Below, in pieces: positions 30,501 through 44,750 of a stretch of DNA of 64,000 bases. Location of the stretch: contig OZ024744.1 of the NCBI GenBank assembly GCA_964016885.1, positions 88,226,001 through 88,290,000 of the forward strand, given 5' to 3'. The DNA is from Eledone cirrhosa. Lineage: Eukaryota. A program made the translations under genes and the position numbers. How positions within the stretch are numbered: the first letter of the stretch is position 1; every line of letters begins with the position of its first letter. Under the pieces are notes generated by a model. That model saw only the letters and a program-made list of their open reading frames with translations, made no database searches and was not told where the DNA came from.

Positions 30501-33500
30501 TTCCCTTGCTTTTATCGAGAATCTAATTGTAATACGTGACGTATTCTATTCTATAGCGATTAGGTCTTCAAAATGTTTATTATAAACATACAGAATATTT
30601 TCGAATATTCTATGTCTATATTCACATATATATCGCTATTTCAGAGCATTTATTCCAATTTCTAATTTCTGCCGGACCGGCAACCGCTCTTTCAAACCAG
30701 TTCCTGTACACAGCTAAGTATTCTATAAGTCTCTAGCTGTGTCATTCTCGATAAAAGCACTGGATATGTAGTCCTGATGATTTCTAACGAGAATGAAACG
30801 CGTAGATTACTTCCCTTGCTTTTATCGAGAATCTAATTGTAATACGTGAGGTATTCTATTCTATAGCGATTAGGTCTTCAAAATGTTTATTATAAACATA
30901 CAGAATATTTTCGAATATTCTATGTCTATATTCACATATATATCGCTATTTCAGAGCATTTATTCCAATTTCTAATTTCTGCCGGACCGGCAACCGCTCT
31001 TTCAAACCAGTTCCTGTACACAGCTAAGTATTCTATAAGTCTCTAGCTGTGTCATTCTCGATAAAAGCACTGGATATGTAGTCCTGATGATTTCTAACGA
31101 GAATGAAACGCGTAGATTACTTCCCTTGCTTTTATCGAGAATCTAATTGTAATACGTGACGTATTCTATTCTATAGCGATTAGGTCTTCAAAATGTTTAT
31201 TATAAACATACAGAATATTTTCGAATATTCTATGTCTATATTCACATATATATCGCTATTTCAGAGCATTTATTCCAATTTCTAATTTCTGCCGGACCGG
31301 CAACCGCTCTTTCAAACCAGTTCCTGTACACAGCTAAGTATTCTATAAGTCTCTAGCTGTGTCATTCTCGATAAAAGCACTGGATATGTAGTCCTGATGA
31401 TTTCTAACGAGAATGAAACGCGTAGATTACTTCCCTTGCTTTTATCGAGAATCTAATTGTAATACGTGACGTATTCTATTCTATAGCGATTAGGTCTTCA
31501 AAATGTTTATTATAAACATACAGAATATTTTCGAATATTCTATGTCTATATTCACATATATATCGCTATTTCAGAGCATTTATTCCAATTTCTAATTTCT
31601 GCCGGACCGGCAACCGCTCTTTCAAACCAGTTCCTGTACACAGCTAAGTATTCTATAAGTCTCTAGCTGTGTCATTCTCGATAAAAGCACTGGATATGTA
31701 GTCCTGATGATTTCTAATGAGAATGAAACGCGTAGATTACTTCCCTTGCTTTTATCGAGAATCTAATTGTAATACGTGACGTATTCTATTCTATAGCGAT
31801 TAGGTCTTCAAAATGTTTATTATAAACATACAGAATATTTTCGAATATTCTATGTCTATATTCACATATATATCGCTATTTCAGAGCATTTATTCCAATT
31901 TCTAATTTCTGCCGGACCGGCAACCGCTCTTTCAAACCAGTTCCTGTACACAGCTAAGTATTCTATAAGTCTCTAGCTGTGTCATTCTCGATAAAAGCAC
32001 TGGATATGTAGTCCTGATGATTTCTAACGAGAATGAAACGCGTAGATTACTTCCCTTGCTTTTATCGAGAATCTAATTGTAATACGTGACGTATTCTATT
32101 CTATAGCGATTAGGTCTTCAAAATGTTTATTATAAACATACAGAATATTTTCGAATATTCTATGTCTATATTCACATATATATCTCTATTTCAGAGCATT
32201 TATTCCAATTTCTAATTTCTGCCGGACCGGCAAACGCTCTTTCAAACCAGTTCCTGTACACAGCTAAGTATTCTATAAGTCTCTAGCTGTGTCATTCTCG
32301 ATAAAAGCACTGGATATGTAGTCCTGATGATTTCTAACGAGAATGAAACGCGTAGATTACTTCCCTTGCTTTTATCGAGAATCTAATTGTAATACGTGAC
32401 GTATTCTATTCTATAGCGATTAGGTCTTCAAAATGTTTATTATAAACATACAGAATATTTTCGAATATTCTCTGTCTATATTCACATATATATCGCTATT
32501 TCAGAGCATTTATTCCAATTTCTAATTTCTGCCGGACCGGCAACCGCTCTTTCAAACCAGTTCCTGTACACAGCTAAGTATTCTATAAGTCTCTAGCTGT
32601 GTCATTCTCGATAAAAGCACTGGATATGTAGTCCTGATGATTTCTAACGAGAATGAAACGCGTAGATTACTTCCCTTGCTTTTATCGAGAATCTAATTGT
32701 AATACGTGACGTATTCTATTCTATAGCGATTAGGTCTTCAAAATGTTTATTATAAACATACAGAATATTTTCGAATATTCTATGTCTATATTCACATATA
32801 TATCGCTATTTCAGAGCATTTATTCCAATTTCTAATTTCTGCCGGACCGGCAACCGCTCTTTCAAACCAGTTCCTGTACACAGCTAAGTATTCTATAAGT
32901 CTCTAGCTGTGTCATTCTCGATAAAAGCACTGGATATGTAGTCCTGATGATTTCTAACGAGAATGAAACGCGTAGATTACTTCCCTTGCTTTTATCGAGA
33001 ATCTAATTGTAATACGTGAGGTATTCTATTCTATAGCGATTAGGTCTTCAAAATGTTTATTATAAACATACAGAATATTTTCGAATATTCTATGTCTATA
33101 TTCACATATATATCGCTATTTCAGAGCATTTATTCCAATTTCTAATTTCTGCCGGACCGGCAACCGCTCTTTCAAACCAGTTCCTGTACACAGCTAAGTA
33201 TTCTATAAGTCTCTAGCTGTGTCATTCTCGATAAAAGCACTGGATATGTAGTCCTGATGATTTCTAACGAGAATGAAACGCGTAGATTACTTCCCTTGCT
33301 TTTATCGAGAATCTAATTGTAATACGTGACGTATTCTATTCTATAGCGATTAGGTCTTCAAAATGTTTATTATAAACATACAGAATATTTTCGAATATTC
33401 TATGTCTATATTCACATATATATCGCTATTTCAGAGCATTTATTCCAATTTCTAATTTCTGCCGGACCGGCAACCGCTCTTTCAAACCAGTTCCTGTACA

Positions 33501-36500
33501 CAGCTAAGTATTCTATAAGTCTCTAGCTGTGTCATTCTCGATAAAAGCACTGGATATGTAGTCCTGATGATTTCTAACGAGAATGAAACGCGTAGATTAC
33601 TTCCCTTGCTTTTATCGAGAATCTAATTGTAATACGTGAGGTATTCTATTCTATAGCGATTAGGTCTTCAAAATGTTTATTATAAACATACAGAATATTT
33701 TCGAATATTCTATGTCTATATTCACATATATATCGCTATTTCAGAGCATTTATTCCAATTTCTAATTTCTGCCGGACCGGCAACCGCTCTTTCAAACCAG
33801 TTCCTGTACACAGCTAAGTATTCTATAAGTCTCTAGCTGTGTCATTCTCGATAAAAGCACTGGATATGTAGTCCTGATGATTTCTAACGAGAATGAAACG
33901 CGTAGATTACTTCCCTTGCTTTTATCGAGAATCTAATTGTAATACGTGACGTATTCTATTCTATAGCGATTAGGTCTTCAAAATGTTTATTATAAACATA
34001 CAGAATATTTTCGAATATTCTATGTCTATATTCACATATATATCGCTATTTCAGAGCATTTATTCCAATTTCTAATTTCTGCCGGACCGGCAACCGCTCT
34101 TTCAAACCAGTTCCTGTACACAGCTAAGTATTCTATAAGTCTCTAGCTGTGTCATTCTCGATAAAAGCACTGGATATGTAGTCCTGATGATTTCTAACGA
34201 GAATGAAACGCGTAGATTACTTCCCTTGCTTTTATCGAGAATCTAATTGTAATACGTGACGTATTCTATTCTATAGCGATTAGGTCTTCAAAATGTTTAT
34301 TATAAACATACAGAATATTTTCGAATATTCTATGTCTATATTCACATATATATCGCTATTTCAGAGCATTTATTCCAATTTCTAATTTCTGCCGGACCGG
34401 CAACCGCTCTTTCAAACCAGTTCCTGTACACAGCTAAGTATTCTATAAGTCTCTAGCTGTGTCATTCTCGATAAAAGCACTGGATATGTAGTCCTGATGA
34501 TTTCTAATGAGAATGAAACGCGTAGATTACTTCCCTTGCTTTTATCGAGAATCTAATTGTAATACGTGACGTATTCTATTCTATAGCGATTAGGTCTTCA
34601 AAATGTTTATTATAAACATACAGAATATTTTCGAATATTCTATGTCTATATTCACATATATATCGCTATTTCAGAGCATTTATTCCAATTTCTAATTTCT
34701 GCCGGACCGGCAACCGCTCTTTCAAACCAGTTCCTGTACACAGCTAAGTATTCTATAAGTCTCTAGCTGTGTCATTCTCGATAAAAGCACTGGATATGTA
34801 GTCCTGATGATTTCTAACGAGAATGAAACGCGTAGATTACTTCCCTTGCTTTTATCGAGAATCTAATTGTAATACGTGACGTATTCTATTCTATAGCGAT
34901 TAGGTCTTCAAAATGTTTATTATAAACATACAGAATATTTTCGAATATTCTATGTCTATATTCACATATATATCGCTATTTCAGAGCATTTATTCCAATT
35001 TCTAATTTCTGCCGGACCGGCAACCGCTCTTTCAAACCAGTTCCTGTACACAGCTAAGTATTCTATAAGTCTCTAGCTGTGTCATTCTCGATAAAAGCAC
35101 TGGATATGTAGTCCTGATGATTTCTAACGAGAATGAAACGCGTAGATTACTTCCCTTGCTTTTATCGAGAATCTAATTGTAATACGTGAGGTATTCTATT
35201 CTATAGCGATTAGGTCTTCAAAATGTTTATTATAAACATACAGAATATTTTCGAATATTCTATGTCTATATTCACATATATATCGCTATTTCAGAGCATT
35301 TATTCCAATTTCTAATTTCTGCCGGACCGGCAACCGCTCTTTCAAACCAGTTCCTGTACACAGCTAAGTATTCTATAAGTCTCTAGCTGTGTCATTCTCG
35401 ATAAAAGCACTGGATATGTAGTCCTGATGATTTCTAACGAGAATGAAACGCGTAGATTACTTCCCTTGCTTTTATCGAGAATCTAATTGTAATACGTGAC
35501 GTATTCTATTCTATAGCGATTAGGTCTTCAAAATGTTTATTATAAACATACAGAATATTTTCGAATATTCTATGTCTATATTCACATATATATCGCTATT
35601 TCAGAGCATTTATTCCAATTTCTAATTTCTGCCGGACCGGCAACCGCTCTTTCAAACCAGTTCCTGTACACAGCTAAGTATTCTATAAGTCTCTAGCTGT
35701 GTCATTCTCGATAAAAGCACTGGATATGTAGTCCTGATGATTTCTAACGAGAATGAAACGCGTAGATTACTTCCCTTGCTTTTATCGAGAATCTAATTGT
35801 AATACGTGAGGTATTCTATTCTATAGCGATTAGGTCTTCAAAATGTTTATTATAAACATACAGAATATTTTCGAATATTCTATGTCTATATTCACATATA
35901 TATCGCTATTTCAGAGCATTTATTCCAATTTCTAATTTCTGCCGGACCGGCAACCGCTCTTTCAAACCAGTTCCTGTACACAGCTAAGTATTCTATAAGT
36001 CTCTAGCTGTGTCATTCTCGATAAAAGCACTGGATATGTAGTCCTGATGATTTCTAACGAGAATGAAACGCGTAGATTACTTCCCTTGCTTTTATCGAGA
36101 ATCTAATTGTAATACGTGACGTATTCTATTCTATAGCGATTAGGTCTTCAAAATGTTTATTATAAACATACAGAATATTTTCGAATATTCTATGTCTATA
36201 TTCACATATATATCGCTATTTCAGAGCATTTATTCCAATTTCTAATTTCTGCCGGACCGGCAACCGCTCTTTCAAACCAGTTCCTGTACACAGCTAAGTA
36301 TTCTATAAGTCTCTAGCTGTGTCATTCTCGATAAAAGCACTGGATATGTAGTCCTGATGATTTCTAACGAGAATGAAACGCGTAGATTACTTCCCTTGCT
36401 TTTATCGAGAATCTAATTGTAATACGTGACGTATTCTATTCTATAGCGATTAGGTCTTCAAAATGTTTATTATAAACATACAGAATATTTTCGAATATTC

Positions 36501-36857
36501 TATGTCTATATTCACATATATATCGCTATTTCAGAGCATTTATTCCAATTTCTAATTTCTGCCGGACCGGCAACCGCTCTTTCAAACCAGTTCCTGTACA
36601 CAGCTAAGTATTCTATAAGTCTCTAGCTGTGTCATTCTCGATAAAAGCACTGGATATGTAGTCCTGATGATTTCTAACGAGAATGAAACGCGTAGATTAC
36701 TTCCCTTGCTTTTATCGAGAATCTAATTGTAATACGTGACGTATTCTATTCTATAGCGATTAGGTCTTCAAAATGTTTATTATAAACATACAGAATATTT
36801 TCGAATATTCTATGTCTATATTCACATATATATCGCTATTTCAGAGCATTTATTCCA

Positions 36858-36861
<4 letters not shown>
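27557..36861 (+). repeat. 310-bp tandem array, right block (exactly 30 units), inverted relative to the left block; retrozyme-like
   Basis: Begins AATTTCTAATTTCTGCC at 27557 and ends TATTCCAATTT at 36861; 36857-27557 = 9300 = 30x310; followed by (TA)n. Confidence 0.97.
27668..27710 (+). ncRNA. Minimal type I hammerhead ribozyme, first of 30 in the right block (every 310 bp)
   Basis: Stem I GTAGTC/GATTAC; CTGATGA 27674-27680; stem II TTCT-aacg-AGAA; GAAA 27695-27698; palindromic ACGCGT stem III; predicted cut after GUA at 27704; enclosed by a perfect 16-bp inverted repeat (27644-27659 and 27717-27732). Confidence 0.88.
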
Positions 36862-36907
<46 letters not shown>

Positions 36908-37059
36908 ATACATATATATATATATAATATATATATATTACATTTAAAATTATATATGTCATGTTTGAGATAATCTCGAATATGCGGCGTATCACCCACG
37001 AATAAACTCAAATAATAAATGATTACAGTATAGTGAAAGAGATATATATACATACATAT

Positions 37060-37153
<94 letters not shown>

Positions 37154-37572
37154 ATAATTATATATACGTACAATAAAACATCAACTTTAACAGGAGATAA
37201 TCTGCATTGAATGTAAGAACACATGGTTCATTACAGTATCATTAAAATTTGACAAAAATGTTATGTACCTGACAAAAATATGACTTTCTCCTTTATACGT
37301 ATTCTTCAGAAATCAAGAATACGTTTCACAAAATATCAGTGCAGTTAGATGATCGATCTGCATCATCAGAAAAGGAGAATCGATTCATCTAAACTTACAC
37401 ACGTAAAAATACAGAACTGAGAACAGCGAAAGAAACACATGGTTTTATCAAAAAAAAAAAAAAATCTCTATACTGTCATTTTCCCAGTGACATGAAAGGG
37501 TTATGTATGTATGTATGTATGTATGTATGTATGTATGTATGTATGTATGTATGTATGTATGTATGTATGTTA

Positions 37573-38181
37573 TGTCAGGTCACCAGTTGGTGCTACTGGT
37601 AACATGTATCCCAATACAACCTGACTCATGGTCGGGTCGTTGGCGACTAAACTGGCAACCCCACCAAGGTTTCTTGGTGAGGAGGGTGACTTTGGACATC
37701 CTGCAGGAATAAAAACAAAACCTGTCAAAGGGCAAAGGAGCTCTTAAGAGTCAATGGCCATCCAAAATCACCGGGAGAGATGGATGACCCCTTAGCCTTT
37801 GTCAAGGCAGAATTCTAGTAGAAGGAAAACTCCGATATAACACCTGCAACTCTGATGGTATCCAATGATGTTGACTTGTTCTTCTTTTTGGTAAATATCA
37901 TCTTGGTTAAGAGAGTGGGACTGGCTTTGTGCAGTGCCTTTGCTCACTATAAAAGCTTCATGGCACAGGCATTGCTTTGTATCTGGAGATCTCTCTGCAC
38001 TTGTCGTCACATGGTACCATGGCACTATGTGTCAATAATTGTGACAAGTGTAGTGTTTGTACCAGAGTTTTCAAGTCGCTGGCTGGACTAAAAAGTCACA
38101 CTCGTTCAGCGCATCGGTAGGGGGTTCTCCTACATGGATATAAAGTAGTGGCCGTACTCGAAAACGAGTTGGCAGCCACCA
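37573..38181 (+). mobile_element. Internally deleted, non-autonomous RTE-like element with probable 5' end and 3' end, in (TATG)n
   Basis: 3' part matches 50740-50928 (last zinc finger and UTR); 5' part matches the reverse complement of 50047-50132; perfect (TATG)n on both sides. Confidence 0.75.
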
Positions 38182-38353
38182 TGTATGTATGTATGTATGT
38201 ATGTATGTATGTATGTATGTATGTATGTATGTATCTATGTAAAAGGTAAACAAAAGTAACAACACAATCGGTACAGTATATGGAAGGAATATATTAGGTT
38301 AACGCTTGAAATAGCAGGAAGAGGGTTTTAACGTTTCGGACGCTAGTCCTTCC

Positions 38354-38440
38354 CTACAGGAATACAACTCTTTCATTCGAAGGAAATTATCAGGAGAGCC
38401 CTGATGATTTCTTTCAAATGAAACGGTTGTATTCCTGTAG
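38354..38440. repeat. Fold-back containing a hammerhead-like core
   Basis: CTACAGGAATACAAC...ATCAGG-agagc-CCTGATGATTTCTTTCAAATGAAACGGTTGTATTCCTGTAG. Confidence 0.6.
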
Positions 38441-39699
38441 AAGCCATTTCTATATTAAATATTTATACTCTGCTATGTATTGAGTACCTTACTGTGGTTA
38501 CCCCCGATTGAACCCGGGATACCCCCTCTCTCTCTCTCTCTCTCTCCCTCTCTATCTATCTCTCTCTCCCTCTCTATCTCTCTCTCTCTCCCTCACTCTC
38601 TCTTTCTCTCTCACACACACATATATATATATATATGTGTATGTGTGTGTGCACGGGTGCGTAGGGGCTGAGCGTCTATCAGGGTGTATGTGATTGTGAG
38701 TAATCTGCTGTTTACATGTACTTCTGCATACTACAGCTATAATAATATGCGCAAACGCACATTACTAAGTCAACGTGAGCCTGTCTTTAGATCATACACC
38801 CGCCTCAAACACCCGCTTCTTCCCTCTGTACAACAGCTTAGATAGAGCACGATTATCTGTAGACTGACCGCCGCTAGCATGGCAGTTAGGGGTCAGACGA
38901 CCTTTACCACCCGCTTGGGGCTAACCGATAAAGACATTAAATAGATTAATCAACCGTTTTATAACCCTTTAGGAACCAGAACGTTTGACCATAGATTGAA
39001 TAGCCTGATCTTTTTAGTGCACTAACCTACTTTCACCACGTGACTGCTACCACCAATGTGTTTTTCTTCTCCCAACTCCACTGATCTGCCACTACTAAAG
39101 TATACTTGCGGGACATTGAAATGTAAATACGTCTTCAATGGCAGGTATATCAAAAAAAAAACAAAACTTTATTTTTATTTACTTTTGAGCTTACTGTCTG
39201 GCGAGAGCACATTGAATAATTGGAGAATAACGGCATTTTAGTGTCTTTGGAATGTGTATAACGGGGTGATGTAATAGAATAAAATGTTGAATATGTGACA
39301 AGCTCTCTCTATCTTGTCCACGCATTCCTGGATTTGTAGCAATTTATTTTGAATTAACCGATATAAAAGACACAGAAGCGAAAACCAACCAAACAGTGAG
39401 TGTGTTCTGTTATTAGTTCTGGCAATATTACACAAATATGACCCTCCCCAAGAATTACAATATTTTGAATTGCATTGTTGTTAATTCTGTATATATAATT
39501 TCTCATTATATTTTTTAGGGTTATCGAGATAGAATGTGGGTATCGGATTCATTGTGTATGATTGTGGGCTCGTGCGTATATGTGTGTGTTTGTGTATTCC
39601 TGTGTGTGTATAAGGGATTGACTCCTCGTGTGAATGTATGAATCTCATAGTATGTTGGTAAGTCCACAGTTTGTGAACAAACCAGTTCCGCTGGTGGAT

Positions 39700-39885
39700 T
39701 TGCTGTATAGGTAGAGAGTCGGATACCATGCTTTGCAGCATAGAGTTATGGTCATTTACGTCATCCTGAGTTCAAATCCCGCTGAGGTTAACTTTGCCTT
39801 TCATCCTTACGGGGTCGATAAAATAAGATGCCAGTTATAAACTGGGGTAATTGCTGGCCTTGTGCCTAGAGTAGAAACAATTATT
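39700..39885 (+). mobile_element. tRNA-derived SINE, sense orientation
   Basis: GAGTTCAAATCCC B-box, GCCTTTCATCCTTACGGGGTCGATAAAATAAG domain, AGTAGAAACAATTATT end. Further fragments at 20405-20500(-), 41108-41180(-), 43105-43205(+) and 43517-43660(-). Confidence 0.85.
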
Positions 39886-41789
39886 TATATTCCTGATAAT
39901 ATCTGCTGTTTCCAACTCCTGTCAAATGGAACAATGTGAAATAAAATATTTTGCTCAAGAACAATACGAATGCATTGCCCCCACCTTATGATTGTGAGTC
40001 CAGCACCAAGCACCGCAAACGATGCTTCTAAAAAAGGTTGCTTCCAAACTCAATGAAATACAAGGACATTGCCCTGTCGTGACATGAAGGAAAAATGACT
40101 ATTTGATTTGGCAGTTTATAACAACATTGAAGTGAAATTGAATTGACAGTCGCACGAGTGGAAGATTCCATTTTTGCTGAGCCTGAACTATGCAGTGGGG
40201 TAAAAGTCACATCTTCACCAAAGCGATGTGTACTAAGGACCTATCTGACGCCTAAATCAATCGACAAATATTATTTCAACGAACAACTCTATAGACGAGA
40301 TCGGATTTCCATACCATGGGTTTTAACTTTGTTTCTTCTCTATTGTTTTATTCCAGTTTTATTATTTCTAAGTGCATCTGAGACCAACATATCGATATAT
40401 TGAAATACAATATGTTCAAGTCTTCCCAGCTCATTACTTTTGTTTTATTCAAACATTGCTTTGAAGCATCTTTCCTAAAAATCCAAACGATATATGAAAT
40501 TTAATTTAATAAGAATTACTTGACCTTGACTCATGATGAAATCAAAGTCGAAAGAAAGAGAGAGGATAAGAGTAAAACACAGAGATAGAGAGATAGAGAG
40601 ACAAAAAGAGAGAGAGATTGGTATATCTTTTATAAGTGTATTTGTGGGCACGTCCCGTACAAGATAACAATGTCATTGATCATAGAGAATAAGACATTCG
40701 CTCAAAACGATTGAAGAATTTAACCTAAAGCTCTTATTATTTTACCGATGATTCGTAAATTTGATAGTGCATGCCAACGACTAAAAATGGGTCGAAACAA
40801 TAGATAAGTTTAGAGACACATGTGCCGTAAAATTTAACATGCTTTACTAGTCCACTGAACGGTATAATGATAGCCATAAATATTTAATCAAAAATTGATT
40901 ATACATATTGTTATATATGGAGAGGGTCATATTATCATAATATTGCCAAAAAATAGTAACACACACTCACTGTTTAGTTTGGTTGTTGCTTCATTATATA
41001 GTAATATTTCTATAATTGAAGATGACACAGAAATATGTGACGAAAGAACTTTGAGAAATTATATTTCTATTCGTATATTTAACAGTTGATTAATCAATGA
41101 TAAATATTTGTTTCTACAATAGGCACAAGGCCAGAAAATATCCCAGTGTATTACTGGTACTTTATTTTATCGACCCCCAGCTAGATTATTTATAGACATA
41201 TAAAAATATACTGAAGCGAAAACCAAACCTAACAGTGAGTGTGTTTTACTATATTTTGACAAAATTAGGACAACTTGACCCTCCCCAAATATAACAATAT
41301 CTGTTTTAAAACTCGATTTCATATCAAAAACCTTGCAAAATAAATACATCGCCGTGATTATATCATATTTATTTATAAACATATAAAAATTCACAAAAAA
41401 AGGAATATATTTGCTGCTTTTGTCATTTGACTTTATCTAAATTTCTTTCATCACAATATTTCTAGTAAAAATGTGAGTTCCATACATTTTATTTTATTCT
41501 CTCTTGTATTGAAGATTGTCTCTATTTTTCAACCTGTTTAAAGCAACTGAATGCTAATACCTCTTACTTAAATATACTTTCGTTTCAAATCTCCCGTACT
41601 CACATTGCTGCTCTATGCCATTACGAGCAATGTGTTAAATATCCCACATTTTCGTTAAGATTTTATTCAAAGACAAAAAAACAACAAGAAAAAAATGTTT
41701 AAAAGGGGGAAATAAAAGGGAAGAAAGAATAGGGAAATATTTAAATATAGAAAAAGAGAGAGAGAGAGAAAGAAAGAAGAAATAGAATT

Positions 41790-42275
41790 GGAAAGTGGGT
41801 ATTGGCAAGAGCTCTAGTGTCGCAGAAGAGAGGGGAGGGGGGGGGGGATTTGGCTTAGGTCAAGGAATAGGAGTGCTGCGCCCCGCGGACAAGGCGGCAA
41901 AAGCCTACCCCGAACGATGGCTACCCAACCTGGGGCTCTCCCTCCTCAGCCGGGCCGCCGACACTCCGATCTTGTGGAGGAGCTCGGCAGTACAGGGTCC
42001 AAGTAAGCCTTAGGTCTCGACGGCGACCGGGGCGATGAGGAAGCGGCCGGACAAACCCCGGTATTTGTTTATTTTACGTTCTTCTGCGGAGGCGGGCTGC
42101 AATGCCGGGGTTTGTGGCAAAAGCGACTAAGCTGGAGGTGGAGAACGCGTCGCAGCAGGTAGCGTTCCAGATGAGGGATCTACCTCCTTTGAATGGGAAG
42201 AGGGTGAATCCGTCGGGGCGCTTGCCATCTTCGCGGTCTAGGCTTGCTGGCTCCAGTTGAGATGGAAAGCCAGCT
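41790..42275 (-). mobile_element. CRE-clade-like LINE 3' remnant
   Basis: AGFPSQLEPASLDREDGKRPDGFTLFPFKGGRSLIWNATCCD REL motif; homologous to 16950-17170. Confidence 0.75.
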
Positions 42276-43828
42276 GTGTCCAGTTGTCTCTATTTTTCAA
42301 CTTGTTTAAAGCAACCGAATGCTAATACCGTTTACTCAAATATACTTTCATTTCAAATCTCCCATACTCTATGCCACTACGAGCATTGTGTTAAATATCC
42401 CACAGTTTCACTCACTTTTATTTTACTCCTACTACAATTCACACATGCTCACTTTTCATCGTTTAACAAGCGCTTGCATTCGCGCTATATTGTTTGCGTG
42501 ACGACAAATAAATATATATTCCTAATTATTATAGGTTTGATATTCTTTGTCTGGGGTAATACTTTATAAATAAAGGTGAAATATTGGCAAACTCGATAGA
42601 GACGTAAGACAAGACATATTGATATATTGAATAACACTGTCGGGGTGATTCTAGACCGGATAAACTACTTGGATTGATATGGTTGTCTATATCTTCATCC
42701 TTAAATCGATGGGGTTTTGCATGTATTAGAAATTTACATTAACGTAGATGATTGAGATAAAATCCTATCATGATCAACATTGCCTTTCGTTTTTCTCGAG
42801 TCTATATACTACCAAGTGTTTTATTGTCGCTATAATAATGGTTGTCATGTATTTATTAAATATATTTGTATATTTCGGTAACATAGGCGGCAAATTGACA
42901 GTCATTAGAACGTCGGATAAAAAGCTTTATGGCAAGTATGTTAAATATGCGGCCATTACAAACACACCTGCGGCCTGCAGAAAGGTTTTTACAGCGCATG
43001 CGTAATATAAAATTAAAAAAAAATATTAGTTGTAATGTGCGGCCCTCAGACAACACATATGTGACCCATGCGGCCCTCGAGGGACTCTCAGTTTGCCATG
43101 TCTGCTTTATGGTATGCGGTCCTGCTCTCTGAGTTCAAATACCGCCGAGGTCAACTTTGCCTTTTATCCATCGAGGTCGATAAAAAAAAAATAGTACCAG
43201 TCTTATACCTATCTCTTTCTCATTTCCCATTTCCCCTCTCTCTCTCTCTCTCTCACTCTCTCTCTCTCTCGCTCTCGCTCTCTCTCTCTCTCTCTCTCTC
43301 TTTCTATCTTTCTCTGGAAGAAATCTGCCCAAGAAACGACTCAGGAGTTACGGTACCATACATACATACATTTCGGTCACTCACTACTGTATGTATCTAT
43401 TTCGATAAAAACAGTGTCAGGTTGATTTCCATATCTCATTGCCATGTTTTAAATTTTCGGAGATTCAAACTTGTTTATCGTTATTCTTACATTACTGGGT
43501 TTCTGGTCATTCAAGATAATTGTTTCTACTTTAAGCACAATACCAGCAATTTGAAGGAGAGGGGTAAGTCAACTAAATCGACACCAATGTATTACTGGTA
43601 CTTTATTTTATCGACCCTGTAAGGATGAAAGGCAAAGTTAACCTCAGCGGGATTTGATTACGATGACTGGTGGTGGTGGTGGCGGTGGTGGTGGTTTTAT
43701 TTTTTGTTGTTGTTGTTGGTGGTGGTGGTGTTGTCGGTGGCTGCGGCTGTTGTAATTGTGGTTGTGGTGGTAGTTGTGGTTGTGATACTGGTGTTGTTGA
43801 TATATCGACGGCGTAAAATATGTATTGA

Positions 43829-43859
<31 letters not shown>

Positions 43860-44184
43860 TGTAGTAGTAGCAGCAGTGGTAGTGTAGGAGGAGGAGTGGT
43901 GTTGTAGTAGAGCTATGGTGTTGCTAAGGTGATAACAATCATATGATAATATAGGTTGGTAGAGAGTTAGGCTGTAGTTACGTTGGCGGCAGTAATGATA
44001 GTGATGGCGTCCATGTTGTTTTTTTATATATAGAATAATAATGAAATTATGTTCATGATAGTGTTTGTGTTTGTAATTGTGACGCGCGCAGTTGATTATG
44101 GTGTTCTAATGGTGTTAACGTAAAGGTGATAGTGGGAATGCTGGAAGAGCGGCGGCGGCGGGGGTGGTGGTGGTGGTTGTGGTG

Positions 44185-44469
44185 GTGGTTATTTTAGAGT
44201 CAGTGGTGAAGGTGTTGATGTTGTTGTTGTTGCTGTTGCTTCTGTTGTTGTTGTTGTTGTTGTTGTTTGTTATTTTTAGAGCTAGTGGTGAAGGTGTTGT
44301 TGTTGATGGTGGTACTGGTGGTGGTGGTGGTTATTTTAGAGTCAGTGGTGAAGGTGTTGTTGTTGTTGGTGGTGGTGGTGGTGGGGGGGGGGGTATTTTA
44401 GAGTCAGTGGTTTGTTGTTGTTGTTGTTGTTGTTGGTGGTGGTGGTTATTTTAGAGTCAGTGGTGAAGG

Positions 44470-44500
<31 letters not shown>

Positions 44501-44565
44501 GGTGATGGTGGGGTGGTGGCGGCGGCGGCGGCGTGGTGGTGGTTATTTTAGAGCCAGAGGTGAAG

Positions 44566-44615
<50 letters not shown>

Positions 44616-44750
44616 GGTGGTGGTGGTGGTGGTGGTGGTGGTGGTGTGGTGGTGGTTATTTTAGAGCCAGTGGTGAAGTTGTTGTTGTTTGTGGTGGTAG
44701 TGGTGGTGGTGTGGTGGTGGTTATTTTAGAGCCAGTGGTGAAGGTGTTGT
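44185..44750. repeat. Compound minisatellite: 8 copies of a TTATTTTAGAG(T/C)CAGTGGTGAAG core separated by variable (GTT)n(GGT)n
   Basis: Cores at ~44189, 44270, 44331, 44394, 44446, 44543, 44656 and 44721. Confidence 0.85.

Noticed and set aside
39755-39790. tRNA gene
   Set aside because: Only a B-box within a SINE head; no cloverleaf
44185-44750. CRISPR-like repeat (TTTTAGAG resembles type II repeats)
   Set aside because: Spacers are simple trinucleotide tracts, the context is eukaryotic and there are no cas genes
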